DNA from: a virus
DNA length: 64,000 bases
Strand: one strand, 5' to 3'
Virus record (IMG/VR): IMGVR_UViG_3300037247_000655
Location: 64,001 to 128,000 of that record
Shown piece after piece: positions 18,699-26,278 of the stretch. The position numbers were made by a program, and so were the translations under genes. Position 1 is the first letter of the stretch; every line of letters begins with the position of its first letter. The notes under the pieces were generated by a model that saw nothing but the letters and a program-made list of their open reading frames with translations, was not told the DNA's origin and did not search any database.

Positions 18699-19421
18699 GT
18701 GAAAAGAAAACCCCTGCTGAGAAACGAAGATGGCTGGATAATAAATATTTGTACAGACTGTGGTAAGACGAGGCTTTCTCGACAAAAGAAACTAAAACCA
18801 TTATGTAAAAGTTGTGGCATAAAGAAAAGTTTCGTATCTAGACCTGCCGTTGGGCTTAAAACTCTAGACAATATGGATAAAATAATAATAGAATATAAAT
18901 CTGGTAGAAGTCTATTGTCTCTTGGTAAACAATATGGTGTCTCGGCAATGACAATCAGGACTAAGATTATCGATCTTGGCTGTGAAACAAGACGTCCTCC
19001 AGAGATCTCTATCCGATTAGGTACTATATCAAAGGCACATGAACGCATTAAAGAAATGTGTAAAACAGGTGAATTCCAGCGGAATAGAAGTGCAATGTTA
19101 CAAGGCGTTACAATAGAAGAATGGAAAGGTTTCATAACACCAGAGAACAAGCGACTAGTTGCTAGCCCAGAATATAAACAATGGCAACAATCAGTATTCG
19201 GCAGAGATAATCGTATTTGCCAACTGTGCAGTAAAACAAAATGCCCGATAGCGGCCCATCATATTTATCCTAAAGCCAAATATCCAGACATGGTTTTAGA
19301 TGTTGATAACGGCATAACACTGTGTGATAAGTGTCATCACAAAACAATTGGCAATGAAGATAAATATATAAACTTATTTACTTCAATACTCTTTGGTGGC
19401 TTATGTGGCAAAAAACGATAG
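18699..19421 (+). CDS. HNH endonuclease with N-terminal Zn finger/HTH
   Basis: CTDC..CKSC; VFGRDNRICQLC...AHHI...NGITLCDKCH. Confidence 0.85.
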   Translation: MKRKPLLRNEDGWIINICTDCGKTRLSRQKKLKPLCKSCGIKKSFVSRPAVGLKTLDNMDKIIIEYKSGRSLLSLGKQYGVSAMTIRTKIIDLGCETRRPPEISIRLGTISKAHERIKEMCKTGEFQRNRSAMLQGVTIEEWKGFITPENKRLVASPEYKQWQQSVFGRDNRICQLCSKTKCPIAAHHIYPKAKYPDMVLDVDNGITLCDKCHHKTIGNEDKYINLFTSILFGGLCGKKR

Positions 19422-19717
19422 GACTTGACGGAGAAACATATGATTCTATATCAGAATCAAAGGTAGCCGACTGGCTATTAACTAACGATATAGAATACGA
19501 ACCACACAAGCGTCTTCCGAAAAGTCGTAGTATATCCGATTTCTATCTACCAGAATATGACCTCTGGGTTGAATATGACGGTCTCATGGAAGTAAGGACT
19601 GATGATAAACTAAAGAAGAAAATAGCGTTCTACGAAAAAAGCGGATTGAAATTTTTAGTTATTACCAGAAGCAATTGGCAAAGAGACCTTGTTGGGCGAA
19701 TAGAATTGGGAGGATAG
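19403..19717 (+). CDS. Small PD-(D/E)xK / Vsr-like nuclease
   Basis: ESKVADWL...IEYE...SDFYLP...VEYDG. Confidence 0.7.
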   Translation: MWQKTIGLDGETYDSISESKVADWLLTNDIEYEPHKRLPKSRSISDFYLPEYDLWVEYDGLMEVRTDDKLKKKIAFYEKSGLKFLVITRSNWQRDLVGRIELGG

Positions 19718-20074
19718 ATGATACAAAAAAGGCACACATTCTACGGTATCTGTGGTACTATACTAGGCGTTATTTGTGGCATAGCTGGTACTGCCTTTTC
19801 TCTTGGCGCAGATAGCCAAGCTACACTGAACTCTATAGTAAAGAATGATTCAGCGATAACAGACCTTAAAACAGCAGATATCAAACATGAAACATCAGTT
19901 CAAAGAGAAATGGACAGATACGTTGTAGTTATAACAGCTCAAATGACTGGTATACAAGAATGTATATCTAATCTCACAGAGACTGTAGGAAAGTTGCGCA
20001 CTGATGTCCAAGTACTAAAGGCTATAATTGAACGTGTTGAACAGAATATACAAAACAGGTCTGATCACGACTAA
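19718..20074 (+). CDS. Membrane-anchored coiled-coil protein (possible holin-type)
   Basis: N-terminal hydrophobic helix then heptad-rich C-terminus; last gene of + arm. Confidence 0.45.
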   Translation: MIQKRHTFYGICGTILGVICGIAGTAFSLGADSQATLNSIVKNDSAITDLKTADIKHETSVQREMDRYVVVITAQMTGIQECISNLTETVGKLRTDVQVLKAIIERVEQNIQNRSDHD

Positions 20075-20544
20075 TGCCACCTGTATATAACTTCTATTGC
20101 ACGACGCAAAAGAACACTCAGGACACAAGCTTCTCCGCTACTAATTGAATGATGGATCACATCCTGGGCATCACCCCTCTTTGTGCTCAGTCTAATATGA
20201 AATCGACCACCTTCATTCTTGTCAAAACGCAGAATAGCGTTGCCCTTTTCGTTTGAGTGATATAGGCCCTTATATCTGCCTGATTGAGTATCTAAAGAAC
20301 CTACCCCAGCCTGCAACCCGACGAGAGTCGCAAGAATCTCGCCTATATCGGCTATACCTAGCTTGAAGATTAGCTTGCTGTCCCAATCAAACCTGGCATT
20401 GTTGTTACTGTCCTTGCCATCCTGGCTAGCCATTTCTAAAAAGACACAATCTCTTTTAGACCCCAGACTCCACTGAGAGGCAGCACCTTGGCCATCGTTC
20501 TTAGCTTTGTATAACATATATTGTTCACTGAACTTATCTGACAT
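20071..20544 (-). CDS. Whirly-like ssDNA-binding protein
   Basis: YMLYKAK..AA, FLEMA, FDWDSKLIFKLGIADIG, LYH, IRLS, ISSGEACVL, C-terminal RWH align by eye with the plant Whirly domain (SIYKGKAA, LLQFA, YDWSKKQVFSLSVTEIG, FFH, FNLS, ITRAEFAVL, GWH). Confidence 0.7.
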   Translation of the reverse strand: MSDKFSEQYMLYKAKNDGQGAASQWSLGSKRDCVFLEMASQDGKDSNNNARFDWDSKLIFKLGIADIGEILATLVGLQAGVGSLDTQSGRYKGLYHSNEKGNAILRFDKNEGGRFHIRLSTKRGDAQDVIHHSISSGEACVLSVLLRRAIEVIYRWH

Positions 20545-21488
20545 TATTTACTATCCTTTTCTGAGGCCATTTCTCTCATTCTCGAAGAAGTAGCAACTGC
20601 GTCCTCATACGACAATGACTTCAAATTTACTTCGCCAGTCTGGTCATTCAATTCATATTTCATACCCATGCCATCCAAGATTTCTGTGATTTTAAAATCA
20701 TGGCGATCGGCCATCATTCTAATGAGTGTAATCTGACCAACATGTATTTTCCCACCAGGCTGGACATCATCCACAGCCGCCATCGTTTTACTTACTTCCT
20801 CTGCGGCCACCACACGCTTGAGAAAAAGTGCATTACGATACATCCTGCCCTTGGCTCTAGTGTCAGCCATGGCAACCAAATACGTCGCATAATCTTCCAG
20901 ACAGTTATCGCTGTGGGCATCCGCAAGGGCTTCGAACCTTTTGGTTCTTCCCTCTGGTGTAATAAATACACCCCATGCTTTGACACATGCACGGAATCTA
21001 TTTTCTTCTGTCGGAGCTGCGATCAGATCGCATCCTTCCTCTATTAGCTCACCGACAAGTTCGCAAGCCACCCGTCTAAGACCTTCAACTCGTGGGTTAC
21101 TCCCATCTACTTCATCTTGAAGGAATTTCCCTAGTACATACTGGGTCCATTCGGGACTACTGGGAGTCGGTGGATCAGTCTCTTCTAGTTCTGGTTCATC
21201 CGTATCCGAGTCCGAGTCCTTTATGTAATCTTTTGCGTCTGGCAAACCACCATTAATGACAGTCTCGACGTCACTATCTCCATCACTACTATTCTCTGCA
21301 ATGTTACTCATGACTTCCAGCCCTTCTTCTCCCTTGTTGTGTTCTTGGAGTTTTTCGCACAACGCAGGCCTCTTCAATTTATACCCTTTTCCGTCTAGCA
21401 ACTGTTCCTGCGTATATCCTAGACCAATCAACGTGTCCCTGAGTTCTTGGGCCTTCATCTTAGTGGGCGGATTGGTTTTGTCTGACAT
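20544..21488 (-). CDS. Rad52/Sak-like single-strand annealing protein
   Basis: GLRRVA...AMADTRAKGRMYRNAL...AAEE motif resembling Rad52/22-type SSAPs; acidic linker. Confidence 0.6.
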   Translation of the reverse strand: MSDKTNPPTKMKAQELRDTLIGLGYTQEQLLDGKGYKLKRPALCEKLQEHNKGEEGLEVMSNIAENSSDGDSDVETVINGGLPDAKDYIKDSDSDTDEPELEETDPPTPSSPEWTQYVLGKFLQDEVDGSNPRVEGLRRVACELVGELIEEGCDLIAAPTEENRFRACVKAWGVFITPEGRTKRFEALADAHSDNCLEDYATYLVAMADTRAKGRMYRNALFLKRVVAAEEVSKTMAAVDDVQPGGKIHVGQITLIRMMADRHDFKITEILDGMGMKYELNDQTGEVNLKSLSYEDAVATSSRMREMASEKDSK

Positions 21489-22068
21489 TTTTCATCTCCG
21501 TTATGACTAATTTGGCTAACATTTCCGCATTAAAATCGGGAATTATAGTGTCGCACACTTGAACTCCAAATTCTTCTTCTATCAATGACTTATGAGACTC
21601 ATGTCTTACCACTACCTTGATCCTGGGATCACAAAATGCCAATTTCATATCAGACGGATCGATGCATGGCTTGTCTATGAATTCTGGATCAAATGCATAA
21701 TGGTAAATAACTGGAGCGTTACTCGCCAAAGCATCTATCGTGGTCCCTATGCTAGTTGAAATCAGCGGGTCTTCCTTCCATCTAGTAAGCTCTGACACAC
21801 TGAATACTGGGTATAGCGGTGTGACACACGGAGGTATAATATGTTGGGCAAAAACACATATGTCCACACCAGCGCACGTCTTACATAGCTCATTCATAGA
21901 CGTAAGCCCAAGATATGTTAAATGCGACACAGCAAGATGACTAAAGACAAAACCTAACACGGATATATCGTCATCCAGGCTAAGACCTATTCTACCAACC
22001 TCTTTCGACGCCTGGGTTTTCCTCATTGTTGCGTCTTTTTGTTGAGTGTTTTTGTTCCTCTTAGTCAC
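21460..22068 (-). CDS. Hypothetical protein, possible GT-B N-terminal half
   Basis: 202 aa alpha/beta ORF at end of glycosyltransferase cluster. Confidence 0.5.
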   Translation of the reverse strand: MTKRNKNTQQKDATMRKTQASKEVGRIGLSLDDDISVLGFVFSHLAVSHLTYLGLTSMNELCKTCAGVDICVFAQHIIPPCVTPLYPVFSVSELTRWKEDPLISTSIGTTIDALASNAPVIYHYAFDPEFIDKPCIDPSDMKLAFCDPRIKVVVRHESHKSLIEEEFGVQVCDTIIPDFNAEMLAKLVITEMKNVRQNQSAH

Positions 22069-22831
22069 CTGGTTGTCCCCTGCGTCGTACCACCATCTGT
22101 TGGGCTAATTTTTCCGATTGCAGTATACGTTGCCGAGCAGCGTCGTCTACCGGAGTTATAGTATTGTTGTGTAGTGGTGCTGGTATATGGTATATGAGAC
22201 CTATCTCGGATATCCTAAGCATCAAATCGTATTCTTCTCTAGCAGCCATTTGTTCGTTGAAACCACTTTTTAGACTGATGAATACTTGCGACCTAACTAA
22301 AAAATTACCATCATAAGGATAGCCAGCCAATAGCCTCTGCATATCAAAAGAATTACGAAAAACTCTTTCAACTCTACCGTCTGAGTGGTAGTTGTCGCAA
22401 TCACTAACTACACATGCTATCGACGGGTTACTCTGGAAAGCCCTGATAGATTGTGCAATTTTGTCTGGCGAGTACCAACTGACAGGGTCCATAAAACCAA
22501 ATATAGTAACACCCTGCCACTTAGATTGCATGGCTATATTCAAGGTGTGTCCTGCAGAACTGATTCTTTTCCTAAAGATTCGAACAGGAACACCATTTAA
22601 TGTACCTTCGAATTCAGGAGGCAGACCCTTCTTCCCATCTAAAGTAATTTGCTTGGCGCCAAGGATCTTGCACATCAGGTCATAAGTGCCATCAGTACTA
22701 TCGTTATCTCCAACGATTACTTGATTAGCTGGACGAACACCTTTGGTTACGGAATCTAAGGATCTTCTGATAGTTCCCACATTGTTGTGTGTGACAGATA
22801 CTATAGTAACGCTTTCTTTATCTTGCATCAT
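22061..22831 (-). CDS. Glycosyltransferase family 2
   Basis: VTIVSVTHN...VIVGDNDSTDGT...GFNEQM..EEYDLMLRI; ATGA overlap with upstream stop. Confidence 0.85.
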   Translation of the reverse strand: MMQDKESVTIVSVTHNNVGTIRRSLDSVTKGVRPANQVIVGDNDSTDGTYDLMCKILGAKQITLDGKKGLPPEFEGTLNGVPVRIFRKRISSAGHTLNIAMQSKWQGVTIFGFMDPVSWYSPDKIAQSIRAFQSNPSIACVVSDCDNYHSDGRVERVFRNSFDMQRLLAGYPYDGNFLVRSQVFISLKSGFNEQMAAREEYDLMLRISEIGLIYHIPAPLHNNTITPVDDAARQRILQSEKLAQQMVVRRRGQPGD

Positions 22832-23589
22832 GTCAATCCACACTCAGAACAAAACCAAGAGAGATGCATCTCTGTTGTATTTTCTTCTTTTTTCAACTCT
22901 TCTGAGAATGATTTGCTGTCCAGAGGCTTAGTTAGTGCTAAATATGGTTTGGTTATAAACAAGCCGTACTGGTATTTATTGGGAACGATGACGGTACCTC
23001 CCACAACACAGGGGAATGACCATTGGATAACACGACTAGGTACGTTTTTTACATGGTCGGCTAAGTAGTCCATGTTTTTTACCATATTGCCAGCAGGTAT
23101 TGTCATGAAAAACGGAGACCTAACCTGATTAACTATACGTTTGATAGTATCCTCTCGTTGTAATACCGATTCGTTGTTCACACTACTGTCTACCACCGTA
23201 TCTATGTTATGTTTATGGCCGAGATATTCTAACGCTAAATTACGTCGTCTACCGAAACCAGTAACGTCTATTATAATAGCTCTTTCGGCATATGGTATGT
23301 ACCAACCAGTCCCCAGAGTACGTTCTAAGTCTGCTATGGAATTAAAGTTCTCATCAAAAAACACCAATAGATCAAACTTCAGTTCATTCTCTTTCACCAC
23401 CGCGTTGACCATTTTACCTATGCGTGTATCGTCTTGTCGTTTCGCCCATTTACTACTACGACAATATCTACAGTATCCGGGAGCGAAAACCACATTGTCC
23501 CTTTCGACACACACTTGTTGCAGAGCGCATCCTTTCTTAGAATCATCCTTTTTAAGGAAACAACATCCTTCACATCCCGTAGTTATCAC
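22828..23589 (-). CDS. Hypothetical protein with Cys-rich N-terminus
   Basis: TGCEGCCF...GCAL...GYCRYCR; 253 aa, within glyco cluster. Confidence 0.6.
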   Translation of the reverse strand: MITTGCEGCCFLKKDDSKKGCALQQVCVERDNVVFAPGYCRYCRSSKWAKRQDDTRIGKMVNAVVKENELKFDLLVFFDENFNSIADLERTLGTGWYIPYAERAIIIDVTGFGRRRNLALEYLGHKHNIDTVVDSSVNNESVLQREDTIKRIVNQVRSPFFMTIPAGNMVKNMDYLADHVKNVPSRVIQWSFPCVVGGTVIVPNKYQYGLFITKPYLALTKPLDSKSFSEELKKEENTTEMHLSWFCSECGLT

Positions 23590-24059
23590 TTTGCAGCCTC
23601 CACATAGATAGCGACACCTTCATATCTCTTGAGTAATATAGACAATCCAGCCTCCTTTATCATAGACAACAATGTTGACGCATCTAATATCGACATCCTT
23701 CTATCATTGTCTGCTTGTGTACCAAAGGTAATCTTAGAATATTCCTGAAGACTAAATTGGCCTTGAACAAACGCATTTGCAACCACATGGCCGTCTGGTA
23801 TGAGAATCTTAAGCACTCCACCAGTTATGAGTTTGCGACCCCAATTGGACAATGTTTGTTGAATTATGTCTGGAGGTAAATATTCTATACAGTCTGCCGC
23901 TATAATTTCATCAACAGTGTTGTCCTCGGTAATCCAATCTAATGATTGTATATCTCCTTGCTTATAGTCAACGCCAGTAGGTAGTGCAGGAGAAGGCAGA
24001 CGGTCTATGTTGACGTATCCTGTTCGTATATCTGTACCACATCCGAGGTTCAATTTCAT
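23586..24059 (-). CDS. Class I SAM-dependent methyltransferase (type 11-like)
   Basis: MKLNLGCG...GYVNID...VDEI...LITGGVLKILIPD. Confidence 0.85.
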   Translation of the reverse strand: MKLNLGCGTDIRTGYVNIDRLPSPALPTGVDYKQGDIQSLDWITEDNTVDEIIAADCIEYLPPDIIQQTLSNWGRKLITGGVLKILIPDGHVVANAFVQGQFSLQEYSKITFGTQADNDRRMSILDASTLLSMIKEAGLSILLKRYEGVAIYVEAAK

Positions 24060-24069
24060 AATTTACTCC

Positions 24070-25089
24070 TTATGACAATCTACCAGAAGGACACTTAGAA
24101 ACCCTTCTAAAGATCTCATTCCATTTATTAAGAAACTGCTGTTGTCCAAACTGTTCTATAACCGTTTGTCTACCTGCATCACCTATTACTTTAGCAAGAT
24201 CTTTGTCATTAATCAACAATTCTATACGCTCTCTCATAACCTTAGGATCATTTGTTATGAAACCATTTACGCCGTCTTCTATAAATTCAGGCATTGATGT
24301 TGTTGCAGTAGTAACTATCGGGCATCCAACAGACATAGCTTCTAGTAAAGAAAATGGACAGGATGACCAAAGTGTGGTGTTAAGATATACAGACGCACGA
24401 CGATAAAGGTCTCTGAGGTGGTCGGTGTTGTCTGCCATTTTTGACAATCCAGGAGTTTCTCCCCATATACTTACTGGCAATCCTTCTGTCACTTCTTTCC
24501 ATAATGAAAAACCACAAATTCTGTCTCTTTTAATATAGTCCCATACTGCAGACATTACCTTCCCATCGCCACCTACCCATCCGTTCCAGTATTCAGTATC
24601 CATTCCATGCCTTAAAACAGAAACATCTGGATCATCAAGGTCATGGAACCACGCCCCAACAGAGAAATCGGCAACAAAAATATTGTGATCACACTTTAGG
24701 TGACCAACTTGATCTGTTGTTTTATCGTCCCAGTCGGGCCATGGCAGTGTATGTTCCATCTGCAACAATGGGCAATTGAGCTGTTGTGCCAATTGTAGCA
24801 TTATCGGATAATGATCTATTCTATTTTGTGTTAACACAAGATCGAAAGATATATCTATTTTCAATTGATCTGGTATATCTTTGCCGTTAAGCATAAAAAA
24901 GTTGGGAGGTAATGGACGCTCTTTGGTATCCCATGGATGGAATCTAGGATGTTGCAAGACGTAAAAGTTGTGACCTGTTTTTGCCAGGGTGGCACTATAG
25001 CCCTCGTGATTATTGGCGTATAGAATATTCAACGGCCTGTTGTCATCTCTATTGATACTTCTTAATACACTAGAAAGTGGTGCAGCCAT
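24070..25089 (-). CDS. Glycosyltransferase family 4 (GT-B)
   Basis: HGMDTEYW; YLNTT...SLLEAMSVGCPIVT...EFIEDGVNGF. Confidence 0.88.
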   Translation of the reverse strand: MAAPLSSVLRSINRDDNRPLNILYANNHEGYSATLAKTGHNFYVLQHPRFHPWDTKERPLPPNFFMLNGKDIPDQLKIDISFDLVLTQNRIDHYPIMLQLAQQLNCPLLQMEHTLPWPDWDDKTTDQVGHLKCDHNIFVADFSVGAWFHDLDDPDVSVLRHGMDTEYWNGWVGGDGKVMSAVWDYIKRDRICGFSLWKEVTEGLPVSIWGETPGLSKMADNTDHLRDLYRRASVYLNTTLWSSCPFSLLEAMSVGCPIVTTATTSMPEFIEDGVNGFITNDPKVMRERIELLINDKDLAKVIGDAGRQTVIEQFGQQQFLNKWNEIFRRVSKCPSGRLS

Positions 25090-25099
25090 TTGTTTACCT

Positions 25100-26278
25100 C
25101 TATTCAGTCAAAAGACCCTTGGCTATCATCCCCACTTTGGGATAGCTGAATTCAGCCGCACGTCGTTTTGCAGCATCTCCCCTAATACTCAATTTGTCGT
25201 CTTGCCACGCCGTATATGCGTGTTTCATACATTGAATCAGGGCTTTTATGTCTGGGTCAAACCAGAATTCGTCCCCGGTGTATAAATCAGGGAAACTGTC
25301 AACCATACCAAAACATGGTGTTAACTGTCCATTAACTAGCCAACCACAATTAATACGTGGACACCATCTAAACCGTTTACTATCTGAATCCCAGTCTCTC
25401 TGAGTTGTTTTTATTGTTAGTTCTGGGAAAGAACCCCAGTTGCTCAGAATCACAGGATTACAAAAGCCCATAGCATCGTGTGCTGGGATACCCCAGGCTT
25501 CCCCATGGGATGCCGAAACAAAAACATCACCTGTCACATGGATTTTATCTAGTTCATTTTCAGAAAGAAAGTTGGTCATACACACTACTGGCGGATAGTA
25601 TGGGTGCCTTATGTATATATGTAAAGACTTCTTGATGTCCTGGATTGTGGTTCTTAAGATATTAATTGCTTCGTCTGATTTCTTACCTGGTACATTAGTT
25701 TTGATAACCAAAACAACATCATCTCGAAGACTAAATGCACTATAGAATGCTCTCAAAACTGCTACTATATTTTTCCTCCGAGTCATTTCCCCTATAGTAT
25801 AAAAAACACACTTATTTTTGAATTCTGGTGAATCAATGGGTTCCGGAGGATTGTCGAATCTTTTTATATCACATGCACATGGTAAGATTTTTACTGGTAC
25901 CGTAACACCACTGTCTTTCGCAGCCTGCGCATTCTGTAGAGATGGAACCCATAATTCGTCCATAAGATTGCAACAATGTGCCCAGTTTGATCTACTAAAA
26001 TGAGTTGTCTCCCAACACATCATACCAATATTTTTTACCCCAGCTTTGTATTCGAACTGATGAGGTAAAACGTGTTGAATTACTACCGATACGTTGTCAA
26101 CAGATTTCTTTTCTAGATGTTCTACTTTTTCCGCTAGTTCAAGATTGCTGCTTGGAGATAGTTTTATTGCTCTAGCAACAACATCGATGCCACCAGCTTC
26201 CATAGCCAACATATTATGCACAGCTTGGTTACTATACCCAGTACCATCACGAAATACAGATAAATAAGCAACCTTCAT
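25100..26278 (-). CDS. Glycosyltransferase family 4 (GT-B)
   Basis: DGTGYS; RRKNI; DVFVSASHGEAWGIPAHDAM. Confidence 0.88.
   Translation of the reverse strand: MKVAYLSVFRDGTGYSNQAVHNMLAMEAGGIDVVARAIKLSPSSNLELAEKVEHLEKKSVDNVSVVIQHVLPHQFEYKAGVKNIGMMCWETTHFSRSNWAHCCNLMDELWVPSLQNAQAAKDSGVTVPVKILPCACDIKRFDNPPEPIDSPEFKNKCVFYTIGEMTRRKNIVAVLRAFYSAFSLRDDVVLVIKTNVPGKKSDEAINILRTTIQDIKKSLHIYIRHPYYPPVVCMTNFLSENELDKIHVTGDVFVSASHGEAWGIPAHDAMGFCNPVILSNWGSFPELTIKTTQRDWDSDSKRFRWCPRINCGWLVNGQLTPCFGMVDSFPDLYTGDEFWFDPDIKALIQCMKHAYTAWQDDKLSIRGDAAKRRAAEFSYPKVGMIAKGLLTE

Noticed and set aside
5571-18801. Many antisense ORFs in the track (e.g. 10144..10740, 5571..6050, 17552..17908)
   Set aside because: They lie fully opposite well-supported genes and lack motifs or RBSs, so they are shadow ORFs.
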